Positions 8,588 through 17,878 of a DNA stretch of 64,000 nucleotides are shown one piece after another (positions within the stretch are counted from its first letter, which is position 1; each line of letters begins with the position of its first letter). This DNA comes from an uncultured Chloroflexia bacterium (GTDB lineage: Bacteria > Chloroflexota > Limnocylindria > Limnocylindrales > CSP1-4), in contig CAVRGP010000013.1 in the NCBI GenBank assembly GCA_963720755.1, positions 229,512 through 293,511 of the forward strand, written 5' to 3'. Position numbers and translations under genes: made by a program. The notes beneath the pieces are model-generated. The model did no database searches. It saw nothing but the letters and a program-made list of their open reading frames with translations, and was not told the origin of the DNA.

Positions 8588-9553
8588 GTGAGCCTCGAGA
8601 TCGACCACGTCACGAAGCGCTTCGGTGCCACGATCGCGCTCGACCGCCTGACCTTCGAGGTCGGTCGCGGGGAGGTCTTCGGCTTCCTCGGTGCGAACGG
8701 CGCGGGCAAGACCACGACGATGCGGATCTGCCTCGGCATCGTCCGGGCCGATTCCGGCGAGATCCGCTGGGCGGGTCGGTCCACGAACGATGTCCCTCGC
8801 CGGACCTGGGGGTACCTGCCGGAGGAGCGGGGACTGTATCCGCGGATGGGTGTCCTCGATCAGCTGGTCTATTTCGGATCGCTCTACGGGGATCCGCCGG
8901 AGCGCGCCAGACGCGAGGCGCTCGCCTGGCTCGCTCGATTCCAGATCAGCGACCACGCCGGCCGTCGCGCGGAAGAGTTGTCCAAGGGCAACCAGCAAAA
9001 GGTCCAGTTCATCGCGGCCGTCCTCCACGAACCGGAGGTCCTGCTGATGGACGAGCCGTTCACCGGCCTCGACCCGGTCAACCTCGTCCTCCTCCGCGAA
9101 GCGTTCACGGAACTGCGCGATCGTGGGCGAACGCTCGTGTTCTCGACCCACCAGATGGAGGCCGCAGAGGCGCTCTGCGAATCGGTGGCGATCGTTGATC
9201 TGGGGCGGCTCGTCGCCGGCGGACGGGTGCGCGACCTCAAGCGTGCCAGCGGGCGACGAACGGTGCGCCTCGCCCTTGCCGGTGAGCTTGCCCCGGTCTG
9301 GCTCGAATCGCTGCCGGGGATCGCGACGGTCCGCCGCGACGCCGCCGGGGCCGACCTGGAGTTGCAGTCGAGCGCCGTGCCCGACGTCATCCTGGCGACG
9401 ATCCTCGGACGAGGGGCTTCGGTGACTCGCTTCGAGCTGGCCGAGCCGAGCCTCGAGGCCCTGTTCATCGAGCATGTCGGTCGCCCGCCCGATGACGAGC
9501 CGCTGCGGGCCGGCCTCGGGTCGGCATCGGTGACCGCCGGGGGCATCGCCTGA
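8588..9553 (+). CDS. ABC transporter ATP-binding protein (ABC-2/NatA-like)
   Basis: In-frame GTG at 8588 within ORF 8273..9553(+). Walker A GANGAGKTT, signature LSKGNQQK, Walker B LLMDEP. Confidence 0.9.
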   Translation: MSLEIDHVTKRFGATIALDRLTFEVGRGEVFGFLGANGAGKTTTMRICLGIVRADSGEIRWAGRSTNDVPRRTWGYLPEERGLYPRMGVLDQLVYFGSLYGDPPERARREALAWLARFQISDHAGRRAEELSKGNQQKVQFIAAVLHEPEVLLMDEPFTGLDPVNLVLLREAFTELRDRGRTLVFSTHQMEAAEALCESVAIVDLGRLVAGGRVRDLKRASGRRTVRLALAGELAPVWLESLPGIATVRRDAAGADLELQSSAVPDVILATILGRGASVTRFELAEPSLEALFIEHVGRPPDDEPLRAGLGSASVTAGGIA

Positions 9554-10872
9554 TGTCGCGGCGCGACCCGCTCCTGCCGAATGCCGGGATCGTGGCCCGG
9601 CGCGAGTACCGGGATCGGACCCACAGCCCGCTGTTCATCCTGTCGACGATCCTGCTCGCGGGGCTGGCCATGATCGTCGCGATCGCGCCGATCGCGGTCC
9701 GGATGGTCGATCGCGAGACCGTCACCCGGCTGATCGTCGTGTCGAGCGACGCGGATCTCGGGAGCCGCGCCAGCTCGGTCGCCGATTCGCTGCTGAATAG
9801 TCCGCCGGCCGGGGTCGATCGAGCGACCTGGCAGAAGCCGTACGACATCGAGCTCGGAACGGACGCGACCGCCGCCGCGGAGCTCCTGACCGCCGGCGAT
9901 GTCGGTGGGGTCCTGCTCGTGGAGCGTCAGACGAGCGGCCAGGTCGCGATCACGCTGCAGTCCACGGAGGGTCCGGCGAGTGCCCGCAGCCAGGTCCTGC
10001 GGGTCGCCGCCTTCGGGATCGGGGTCCTGGACTGGAGCGCCCGGCTGCCGGCCGGGGCCGCGCTCGAGCCGTTCCAGATCCCCACCTTCGCCGTCGACTC
10101 GATCAACACGGCCACGGATGCCGGGGCGCCGCTCGATGCCCGTCAGGCGGCGAGCCGGTACGTGCTCGGGATCATCTTCGTGATCCTGCTCCTGATCTCG
10201 ATCATCATCTATGGGATGTGGGTCGCGACCGGCGTCGCATCCGAGAAGAGCAGCCGGGTGATGGAGCTGATGATCAGTGCGGCGTCGCCCAGGCAGATGC
10301 TCGCCGGCAAGGTGATCGGGATCGGATCGGCCGGCCTGACCCAGTACCTGGCGATCGCGCTGCCCGCCCTCGTCCTGCTCGCGTTCCAGGACCAGATCGC
10401 GGGTATCTTCCTGGGCGCGGATTGGGTGGCCGGTGCGCCGCTCGGTGGCCTGACCCCGGCGCTGCTCCTGGGCTACGGGATCTTCTTCCTCCTCGGGTTC
10501 ACCCTGTTCGCGCTGATCTACGCCGCGATGGGCTCCTTCGTCAGCCGGCCCGATGACCTGCAGACCCTGTCGCTCCCGCTCAGTCTGATCGCGATGGCTG
10601 GCTACCTCATCGCCATCCTGGCCCTGGGCGGGGACAACGGGGCGATCGTGACCGTGGCATCCCTCATCCCCCCGCTCAGTCCGTTCGTGATGCTGGCTCG
10701 CCTGATGGTTTCGGCCGTCCCGCCGTGGCAGCTCGCCATGTCGATCGGCGCGCTGGTTCTCGCGATCGGCCTCGTCGCCGGCATCGCGACCCGGATGTAC
10801 GCGGCGGGCGTCCTCCTGTATGGCCAGCGCCCCGGTCTCCGCGCATTCATGGCGACGGCCCGCCGATCCTGA
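9553..10872 (+). CDS. ABC-2 family transporter permease (NatB-like)
   Basis: 439-aa ORF whose start overlaps the ATPase stop (TGATG). One N-terminal TM, a large extracytoplasmic loop, then 5-6 C-terminal TMs. Confidence 0.8.
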   Translation: MSRRDPLLPNAGIVARREYRDRTHSPLFILSTILLAGLAMIVAIAPIAVRMVDRETVTRLIVVSSDADLGSRASSVADSLLNSPPAGVDRATWQKPYDIELGTDATAAAELLTAGDVGGVLLVERQTSGQVAITLQSTEGPASARSQVLRVAAFGIGVLDWSARLPAGAALEPFQIPTFAVDSINTATDAGAPLDARQAASRYVLGIIFVILLLISIIIYGMWVATGVASEKSSRVMELMISAASPRQMLAGKVIGIGSAGLTQYLAIALPALVLLAFQDQIAGIFLGADWVAGAPLGGLTPALLLGYGIFFLLGFTLFALIYAAMGSFVSRPDDLQTLSLPLSLIAMAGYLIAILALGGDNGAIVTVASLIPPLSPFVMLARLMVSAVPPWQLAMSIGALVLAIGLVAGIATRMYAAGVLLYGQRPGLRAFMATARRS

Positions 10873-10905
10873 GGCCCGTCGTCCGGACCGCCCAGGTCAG
10901 TCAGG

Positions 10906-11640
10906 TCAGTCCTCGTCGAAAGGCAGCCGGCTGATGAGGGCAAGGACGGGTCCGGCGCCGTGCTCCGCGCCGCTCGCGGTCAGGTCCGGATCCGCCGGGA
11001 GGGCCACGGGGGTCGATGCGATGAAGCGCCACAGGCGGCTACGGACACCCGGGAGATATGGGCTCGCGCGCTGGCGGGCGAGGATGCCGGCAACCCCCTG
11101 GGCGACGACCGCCTCGTAGAGGGCCACCCCTTCGGTCGCGATCGCTGGGACGGCGATGACCTCGTCGCCCGGCCGGAGCACGCGCCTGAGCGTGTCACGA
11201 CGTCGCACCAACGGTTGCGACAGCAGGGACCGACCGTCGAGGTGGAGCAGGTCGAACGCGAGGAAGGCCACCGGTCGACCGGCCCCACCGGCCAATCGAC
11301 GGTCCAATTCGGCGGTGTCCGCCCGCCCGGCCGCGTCGACCACGACCAGCTCGCCATCGAGGACCGCCGAGCGGGCATCGATCCGGACCGCCAGACCGGC
11401 CATCTCCGGCAGCGTCGCCGACCGATCGACCCCGGCGCCATCGCGGATCACGACGGCGCCGCTTCCCGGGGACGCGCCAGGGCCGATGAAGATGAGGACG
11501 CGTTCTCCGCCCCACCATGGCTCGAAGAGGTGCGCGTCGGAGTCGAACGGCGACGGCAGCGGACGTGCCAGCATCGGCCGCAGGTCCGGGAGATCGGGCA
11601 GCTGGTCGGCCTCGAGTCGCAGCGAGAGCTGGTCGGCCAT
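10906..11640 (-). CDS. ATP-dependent DNA ligase-like nucleotidyltransferase domain protein, catalytic motifs degenerate
   Basis: ORF 10906..11712(-), probable ATG at 11640. LigC/LigD-like blocks (AFLAFDLLHLDGRSLLSQPL, SPYLPGVRS). Motif I reads EPWWGGER instead of EPKWDGxR. No OB domain follows. Confidence 0.65.
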   Translation of the reverse strand: MADQLSLRLEADQLPDLPDLRPMLARPLPSPFDSDAHLFEPWWGGERVLIFIGPGASPGSGAVVIRDGAGVDRSATLPEMAGLAVRIDARSAVLDGELVVVDAAGRADTAELDRRLAGGAGRPVAFLAFDLLHLDGRSLLSQPLVRRRDTLRRVLRPGDEVIAVPAIATEGVALYEAVVAQGVAGILARQRASPYLPGVRSRLWRFIASTPVALPADPDLTASGAEHGAGPVLALISRLPFDED

Positions 11641-11696
11641 CGTGTGTCGATGGTAGACCGCTAGACTGACACCGTCCCGACGCATGGAGGATCGCT

Positions 11697-13853
11697 GTGC
11701 CGCGCGCACCACGACCGGATGATCTGTATCGGCTCAAGATGGCCACCGAGCCCCGGCTGTCGCCCGACGGCCAGTTTGCCGCGGTCACCATCCAGACCGT
11801 CGCGCCCGGCTTCGACGCCTACCGACACGCCCTGTGGCTCGTGGCGACGGACGGATCGGGACCGGCTCGCCAGGTGACGTTGGGCGCGAAGCACGACCGT
11901 CATCCTCGCTTCAGCCCGGACGGTCGGACCCTCGCCTTCATCTCCGATCGGCGCTCGATGGTCGAGACCGAACCGAATGGTCGGGGGGCCGACCCGACCG
12001 CGCGCGAGGACGGCGACCAGGTCTACCTGCTCCCGCTCGATGGCGGCGAAGCCCGCCGGCTGACCGATCTGCCGCGCGGGGTCGACGCGTTCGAGTGGTC
12101 GCCGGACGGCTCGACGATGGTCGTCGTCAGCGCCTCGCACGGGGCGACGCGCGATGAAGACGATCGGCGCCGCGGGATCGATCGCGGCCGCGACCGCGAC
12201 CCGGCGACGCCACCCCCGTCCGACTACCGGTTCATCGACCGGCTCGACTACATGCTCAACGGAGCGGGCTTCCGATACGACCGGATCGGACACCTGTGGC
12301 TGGTGGACGTGGCGACCGGGAAGGCGTCCCCACTGACCGACGGCCGGTTCGCAGACCAATCACCGGCCTGGTCGCCCGACGGCCGGCGGATCGCCTTCAC
12401 CGCCAATCGGCGACGGGACGCGGATCTCACGCCGGAGCGCCAGGACGTCTATGTCGTCGACGTCGCGACCCGCGCGGTCAGCGCGATCACGCGTGGCCCG
12501 AGATCCCTGTTCTCGGCCCCGGCCTGGCTGCCTGACGGCCGGACGATCGCCGCGCTCGGGCATCGCTACGAGGGCCGCGCGGGCAGCCGCAACGACATCT
12601 GGCTGTTCGCGGCGGACGGATCGGATGCGAGCCCGCGTGGCGGCCGCAACCTGTCGGCCGCGCACGATCTGATGCCGGGCTCGGGGATGAACAGTGACGT
12701 GACCTCCGGGGAGGGTCCGAGGCTCGGTCCGTCGCCGGACGGCCGATGGATCTCGTTCACCGCCCCGATCGACGGAGCCTATGAGCTGTGGCGCATCGGC
12801 GTCGCCGATGGGCGACTCGAGCGGCTCACGGAGGGCCAGCACTACGTCTCGGGCTGGGACGCGGTCGCGCTGCCGCGCGACGCCGTGCGTCTCGCCTACC
12901 TTCGCTCGAGTGCGACCGAGACGCCGGACCTCTGGTTCCTCGACGTCGGCGGGTCGAAGGCCGCTCAAGGCCGGGTGCCGCCGCAGCCGAAGCGACTGAC
13001 GTCGTTCAATGCCGACCACCTGGCCGACATCGCCCTGGTCGTCCCGGTCGAACGCCACGTGACCGTGGATGAACGGGACATCCAGGGCTGGTTCATGCCG
13101 GGCGGGGTCGGCAAGCGCCCTCTGGTGGTCGAGATCCACGGTGGCCCGCATACGCTGTACGGCTGGTCGCTGGTCTGGGAGTTCCAGATCCTCGCCGCTG
13201 CCGGGATGAGCGTCTTCTACTGCAATCCTCGCGGCTCCGAGGGCTACGGGCAGGCATTCAACGACGCGAACCATCGAGATTGGGGTCCGGGGCCGACCCG
13301 CGATGTCCTGGCCGGGGTCGATTCGCTGGTGGCCGAGGGACTGGCCGATCCGGACCGCCTGGGCGTCACCGGTGGCTCGTACGGTGGCTACCTGACCAGC
13401 TGGATCGTCGGGCATGACGACCAATTCCGGGCCGCGATGACCTGTCGTTCGGTCAATGACATGGGGGTCCTGTTCACGACCGGCGACATCTCCGGTGGCG
13501 ACTGGGCCAAGTTCGAGTTCGAGGCGACGCCGTGGGACGACCCGGCCTACTTCCGTGAGATCTCGCCGATCGCCTCCGCCGACCGGATCCGGACCCCGTT
13601 GCTGATCCAGCATTCGGAGCACGACATCCGGACGACGATCGGCCAGGCCGAGCTCCTGTTCACGACGCTTCGTTCACTGCGGCGACCGGTCCGGCTGCTC
13701 CGCGTGCCCGAGGAGACGCACGAGCTGACCCGTTCGGGGACGCCGTATCGGCGGGTCGAGAACCTGCGCGTGGTGGAAGATTGGTTCGACCACTACCTGG
13801 TCAAGGACCGTCGCGGGCTGCCGCGGCTGCCCAAGGTCCACGGCGGCCGGTAG
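11697..13853 (+). CDS. S9 family serine peptidase (beta-propeller plus prolyl oligopeptidase/acylaminoacyl-peptidase catalytic domain)
   Basis: 718-aa ORF (GTG start). Repeated SPDG propeller motifs, nucleophile elbow GGSYGGY, and a C-terminal D and H region (HSEHDIR..ETHEL). Confidence 0.9.
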   Translation: MPRAPRPDDLYRLKMATEPRLSPDGQFAAVTIQTVAPGFDAYRHALWLVATDGSGPARQVTLGAKHDRHPRFSPDGRTLAFISDRRSMVETEPNGRGADPTAREDGDQVYLLPLDGGEARRLTDLPRGVDAFEWSPDGSTMVVVSASHGATRDEDDRRRGIDRGRDRDPATPPPSDYRFIDRLDYMLNGAGFRYDRIGHLWLVDVATGKASPLTDGRFADQSPAWSPDGRRIAFTANRRRDADLTPERQDVYVVDVATRAVSAITRGPRSLFSAPAWLPDGRTIAALGHRYEGRAGSRNDIWLFAADGSDASPRGGRNLSAAHDLMPGSGMNSDVTSGEGPRLGPSPDGRWISFTAPIDGAYELWRIGVADGRLERLTEGQHYVSGWDAVALPRDAVRLAYLRSSATETPDLWFLDVGGSKAAQGRVPPQPKRLTSFNADHLADIALVVPVERHVTVDERDIQGWFMPGGVGKRPLVVEIHGGPHTLYGWSLVWEFQILAAAGMSVFYCNPRGSEGYGQAFNDANHRDWGPGPTRDVLAGVDSLVAEGLADPDRLGVTGGSYGGYLTSWIVGHDDQFRAAMTCRSVNDMGVLFTTGDISGGDWAKFEFEATPWDDPAYFREISPIASADRIRTPLLIQHSEHDIRTTIGQAELLFTTLRSLRRPVRLLRVPEETHELTRSGTPYRRVENLRVVEDWFDHYLVKDRRGLPRLPKVHGGR

Positions 13854-13871
13854 CCGCCTTCCGGCACCCGA

Positions 13872-14735
13872 CTACGCCGGTCGGAGCGTGCCCGACCAGA
13901 CCTGCCAGGCCAGCAGTGACTTGGCGACCAGGCTGAGGACCATGTAGGTCTTCTCGCCATACAGGTAGTCGCTCCAGCGACCGATCTTCCGGTACTGGAG
14001 GATCATCGTGATGGCGAAGATGTTGAAGGCCACGAACAGGCTGGCGATGATCACGTAGACGAACGCCGGGATGCCGGCGTCAGCCGGGAGCCCCGTCTGG
14101 GCCGAGTACGCCCACAGGATCGAGAAGATCGCGATCCACGGGATGACTCCGGCGATGCAGCCGAAGAGGTAGTGCTTCCAGTCGATCCGCTCGCCCTTGG
14201 GCAGCCGCCCTTCATTGGCGGCCTCCATGCTCCAGCCGAACAGGATCATGGCGACGTTGCAGCCGGCGATGGCGACCAGCGCGGGGAAGTCGGTGATATA
14301 GCTCAGGTACGCGATGGCCACGATCATCACCGTCGACGAGAACGCGTATTCGATCCACCGCAGCGGGTTGATCCCACGCGCCAGGAACGCTTCGTACCGG
14401 CCACGCACGAGCCAGCCCGCCGATGCGTGGGCGATCGCGCTCATCAGGAAGAACGAGGCGATGACGTAGGCGAGCGGGATGGAGAAGAGCGTCACGCTCG
14501 TCTGCTCGACACCGGTGAACGAGCCGTTCTCGATGATCGGCTTGATGGTCGGCACGACCGGCGCGAAGACGACCGCGGTCGCGGAGATGGCGATCATGGC
14601 CAGGAACTGGAGGCCGTGGGCGAACGTCAGGCCGCGGTTCCAGCGGCGGAGCGAGCGGCTCGTGTCGGCCGGGATGGCCGTGCCGGCGCTGGGTCCGGTG
14701 TCGAGACGCCCGGTGTCGGCAGCAAGGGTGGTCAT
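13872..14735 (-). CDS. heliorhodopsin
   Basis: 287-aa 7-TM protein that aligns along its length with my recollection of heliorhodopsin 48C12. Matching blocks are RWIEYAFSSTVMIVAIA, MILFGW, FGCIAGVIPWI, IPAFVYVIIASLF and YMVLSLVAKSLLAWQVWSGTLRPA. The Schiff-base Lys (SLVAKS), counterion Glu (WIEY) and two conserved His are present. AGGAG lies upstream of the ATG. Confidence 0.9.
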   Translation of the reverse strand: MTTLAADTGRLDTGPSAGTAIPADTSRSLRRWNRGLTFAHGLQFLAMIAISATAVVFAPVVPTIKPIIENGSFTGVEQTSVTLFSIPLAYVIASFFLMSAIAHASAGWLVRGRYEAFLARGINPLRWIEYAFSSTVMIVAIAYLSYITDFPALVAIAGCNVAMILFGWSMEAANEGRLPKGERIDWKHYLFGCIAGVIPWIAIFSILWAYSAQTGLPADAGIPAFVYVIIASLFVAFNIFAITMILQYRKIGRWSDYLYGEKTYMVLSLVAKSLLAWQVWSGTLRPA

Positions 14736-14862
14736 GGGTTCGGGATCTCCTGACGTACGTTGGTGTCCAAGGTTCTATTCGGCCGGCGACGCGTTTCGGA
14801 TGCCCGCAGCTTGCACGAGGCGGCAGGGAACCGGCGCGATCGAGGTGTATCCTCTCGGTCCC

Positions 14863-15843
14863 ATGACCGCGACCCGCCGCCCGGACAGCCCCGCCCGCGA
14901 CCGTGCCCACGAGCTCATCCAGGCATGGGATGGACGCCCGGGGCCGCTCGGCAGCCTGCTGGGGCGCGTCACCGCGGTCGACCAGGTCGGGATCGAGGAA
15001 CGGGTCGACGCGCTCAAGCGGCGCTCGATCAAGAAGGCGTCCAAGGTGTGGGCGCTGGAGCTCGCCATCTCGATGATGGATCTGACCACCCTCGAGGGCA
15101 AGGACACCCCCGGGAAGATCCGGGCACTGTGCGTGAAGGCCATGCGCCCGCAGCCGGGTGACCCGACGATCCCGTCAGTCGCGGCGGTCTGTGTCTACCC
15201 GGCGCTGGTCGCCGAGGCCAGGGACGCACTCCGTGGATCGCGGGTGAAGGTCGCCAGTGTCGCCACCGGCTTCCCGTCCGGCCAGACGTTCCGGGCCGTG
15301 AAGGTCGCCGAGACGCGCGCCGCCGTGGAGGCGGGAGCCGACGAGGTCGACATGGTCATCGACCGTGGCGCGTTCCTGTCCGGCGACTACCTGTCCGTCT
15401 TCGAGGAGATCGTGGAGGTCAGGGAGGCGGCCGGCGAGGCGCACCTCAAGGTCATCCTGGAGACCGGCGAGCTCGAGACCTACGACAACGTCCGCCGAGC
15501 CTCCGTTCTCGCGATGGCTGCCGGCGCCGACTTCATCAAGACCTCGACCGGCAAGGTCACGCCAGCGGCGACGATGCCGGTCACCCTGGTCATGCTCGAG
15601 GCGATCCGCGACTTCGAGCGTTCGACCGGGCGACAGGTCGGGATGAAGCCGGCCGGCGGCATCCGCACGGCCAAGGAGGCGATCCAGTACCTCGTGATCC
15701 TGTACGAGACGCTCGGCCCACGCTGGATGTCGCCCGATTGGTTCCGGTTCGGGGCCTCCTCGCTGCTCAACGACGTGCTGATGCAGATCGAGTTCCAGCG
15801 CACCGGCCGGTACCAGGATCCCGACGACTTCAGCCTCGACTGA
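14863..15843 (+). CDS. deoC: deoxyribose-phosphate aldolase (long actinobacterial-type DeoC)
   Basis: In-frame ATG at 14863 of ORF 14479..15843(+). MDLTTLEGKDT, Schiff-base lysine context FIKTSTGK. The upstream part of the ORF overlaps the heliorhodopsin gene. Confidence 0.85.
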   Translation: MTATRRPDSPARDRAHELIQAWDGRPGPLGSLLGRVTAVDQVGIEERVDALKRRSIKKASKVWALELAISMMDLTTLEGKDTPGKIRALCVKAMRPQPGDPTIPSVAAVCVYPALVAEARDALRGSRVKVASVATGFPSGQTFRAVKVAETRAAVEAGADEVDMVIDRGAFLSGDYLSVFEEIVEVREAAGEAHLKVILETGELETYDNVRRASVLAMAAGADFIKTSTGKVTPAATMPVTLVMLEAIRDFERSTGRQVGMKPAGGIRTAKEAIQYLVILYETLGPRWMSPDWFRFGASSLLNDVLMQIEFQRTGRYQDPDDFSLD

Positions 15844-15880
15844 CCGGTTCGAGAACCTTTCCGTCGCGCCATTCGTCTGG

Positions 15881-16456
15881 ATGGTTGACATGCGCCTCTT
15901 GACGGTCCCCACGGGCACTCGGCCGGTCGCAACCCTGGCGACCGATGCCGACGACGAGCGTCGATCGCGCTTCCTCGATGCCTCGAGGCCCGCCCTCGAT
16001 CGCGCCTACCGACTTGCCGGACTCCTCCTGGCCGACGGCCCCGAAGCGGAAGACGCGGTCCAGGACGCCCTCATCATCGCCTGGCGATCGTTCGATTCGC
16101 TCCATGATCCGGCACGCTTCGACGCCTGGTTCGACCGGATCCTGGTCAACGGCTGCCGCGACCGGCTACGCCGTCGCAAGGTCGTTCGGTTCATCCCGAT
16201 GGGCGTGGGGATCGATCCGGCCGGCGCCGATCCATTCAAGGCCTTCATCGAGCGCGATGCGTTGCTGACCGGTCTGAGCCGTCTGACCCCGGACGAACGG
16301 ATCGTGGTGACCCTGCGCTTCTGGGCCGACCTCCGGCTCGAGTCGATCGCCGAACGACTCGACTGGCCACTCGGGACGGTGAAATCGCGCCTGCACCGAG
16401 CCCTCGAACGGCTCCGCGAGACCCTTGCTCAGGAAGGAACGGAGGCAGCTCGATGA
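15881..16456 (+). CDS. ECF-type RNA polymerase sigma-70 family factor
   Basis: Region 2 (DAVQDALIIAWRSFDSL, FDAWFDRILVNGCRD) and region 4 HTH (RIVVTLRFWADLRLESIAERLDWPLGTVKSRLHRA). Confidence 0.85.
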   Translation: MVDMRLLTVPTGTRPVATLATDADDERRSRFLDASRPALDRAYRLAGLLLADGPEAEDAVQDALIIAWRSFDSLHDPARFDAWFDRILVNGCRDRLRRRKVVRFIPMGVGIDPAGADPFKAFIERDALLTGLSRLTPDERIVVTLRFWADLRLESIAERLDWPLGTVKSRLHRALERLRETLAQEGTEAAR

Positions 16457-17820
16457 GCGACGACCTCGAACGCCGGCTGCAGATCGCGTTCCACGACCAT
16501 CCGCTGCCGCCCGCACCCGCCAGCCTCGTCCATGGCCTTGAACGTGTCCCCGATGCCCCGGTCGAGCCACGTCGGCGGCCGGCGGCGCGGTCGTCGGTCG
16601 GGCTGTTGGTCGCGGCCGTCGTGATCGTCGGCGCGGGTGCGCTCGCGATCGCCGTCGGGTCGCGCCCCCAGTCGGTCGTTCCGGTCGCGCCCAGCGGCCC
16701 GCCGGCCACGGTCGCCCCCTCGGGCGAGCCCGCTGTCAGGATCGAACTGCGCGCGAGTCAGGGCGTGCCGACAGCGGCCGAGATGTCGACCACGGTGTCG
16801 ATCCTTCAGGCACGGGTGAACGCGACCGGAGTCGTCGGCGGGACCGTCGAGCAGTCGGGTTCCGACACCGTCGTGATCGTCATGCCGGGCGTCGGAGACG
16901 AACGCGATCCGATCGTGAACTGGATCGCATCGACCGGCAGGGTCGATCTGGTGCCGACCGGCGATCAGGCGGCGATCGAGGGTAGCCGGATCGACCTGGC
17001 CGCCCAGCCACCGCTCCTCGGTGGCGACGCGATCGCCTCCGTGCAGCTGGGCGTGGATGACGCGACCGGCGCCACGACGCTCCAGATCGGCCTGACGCCC
17101 GACGCGGCGTCGACCTTCGCCCAGTACACGGCCGCCAACATCGGCTCGTTCTTCGCGGTCGTGCTGGATGGGCACGTCGTCCTGGCTCCGGCGATCCAGG
17201 CTGCCATCACCGGAGGCGATATCGTCATCAGCCTGGCGACCGCCAATTCGACGGATGGGACGGCGCAGGCCACGCTCTACGCGCTCGTCACCGACTTCCA
17301 TACCGGCCTGCTGCCGGTCCCACTCGAGGTCACCTCGGCCACGGTCATCCGGGTCGCCGGATCGAGTCCGCCCGCCTCGCCCGATGCAGCCACGTCCGGC
17401 CAGACGCCGGTCCCCACCTCGTCGGGCCAGACCGCCGTCTCCGGGGCGGACGCCGCGGCCGCCGCAGAAACGGTCCGGCAGTACACCCAGGCGCTGGTCG
17501 ACGGCGACTACCCGGCCGCCTGGGCGCTGCTGGCGCCGCAGGCCCGGGCGCAATCGGGCTCGATGGCACAGTTCAGCGATGAACGGGCGGCCTTCTTCGT
17601 CAGTGTCGCCGGGCGGTTCAAGGTCGTGGTGTCGCCGCCAGACGTGGCACCGCTCACGGACTGGCTGTCCGCAACGGATGGGGCCACGATCGACCTCGGA
17701 CGGGCGGTGCTCGTCGAAGTCGACTACCCGGCGCTCGCCGGAAACAACGCCGGCTACGAGCTGTACATCGTCAACCCGGCCGCGACGGACGCCGGGTGGG
17801 AGCTGTTCAACGTCCGCTGA
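16453..17820 (+). CDS. single-pass membrane protein coupled to the ECF sigma gene (putative anti-sigma/sensor) with SecD-head-like and NTF2-like extracytoplasmic regions
   Basis: ATGA overlap with the sigma gene. TM segment VGLLVAAVVIVGAGALAIAV. Region similar to the SecD periplasmic head (ILQARVNATGV.., FAVVLDGHVVLAPAIQAAITGG). No zinc anti-sigma HxxxCxxC motif. Confidence 0.55.
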   Translation: MSDDLERRLQIAFHDHPLPPAPASLVHGLERVPDAPVEPRRRPAARSSVGLLVAAVVIVGAGALAIAVGSRPQSVVPVAPSGPPATVAPSGEPAVRIELRASQGVPTAAEMSTTVSILQARVNATGVVGGTVEQSGSDTVVIVMPGVGDERDPIVNWIASTGRVDLVPTGDQAAIEGSRIDLAAQPPLLGGDAIASVQLGVDDATGATTLQIGLTPDAASTFAQYTAANIGSFFAVVLDGHVVLAPAIQAAITGGDIVISLATANSTDGTAQATLYALVTDFHTGLLPVPLEVTSATVIRVAGSSPPASPDAATSGQTPVPTSSGQTAVSGADAAAAAETVRQYTQALVDGDYPAAWALLAPQARAQSGSMAQFSDERAAFFVSVAGRFKVVVSPPDVAPLTDWLSATDGATIDLGRAVLVEVDYPALAGNNAGYELYIVNPAATDAGWELFNVR

Positions 17821-17836
17821 GGGTCGTGCAAGTCTG

Positions 17837-17869
17837 ACCTTTACGTGAACGTGAAGGTTTTGGTATACT
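17837..17869 (+). promoter_or_regulatory. dyad operator plus -10 element of a MerR-type promoter
   Basis: Imperfect palindrome ACCTTTACGTgaACGTGAAGGT (17837-17858). TATACT at 17864-17869, only 9 nt before the merR-like ATG. A CTTTAC -35-like hexamer lies 19 nt upstream of the -10, which is MerR-like long spacing. Confidence 0.4.
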
Positions 17870-17878
17870 TCGCCGTGA

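Noticed and set aside
13854-13871. A short CCGGC..GCCGG inverted repeat between the convergent S9 peptidase and heliorhodopsin genes might be a bidirectional terminator.
   Set aside because: It has only a 5-bp stem with a 10-nt loop and no U-tract. This is too weak to call in a GC-rich genome.
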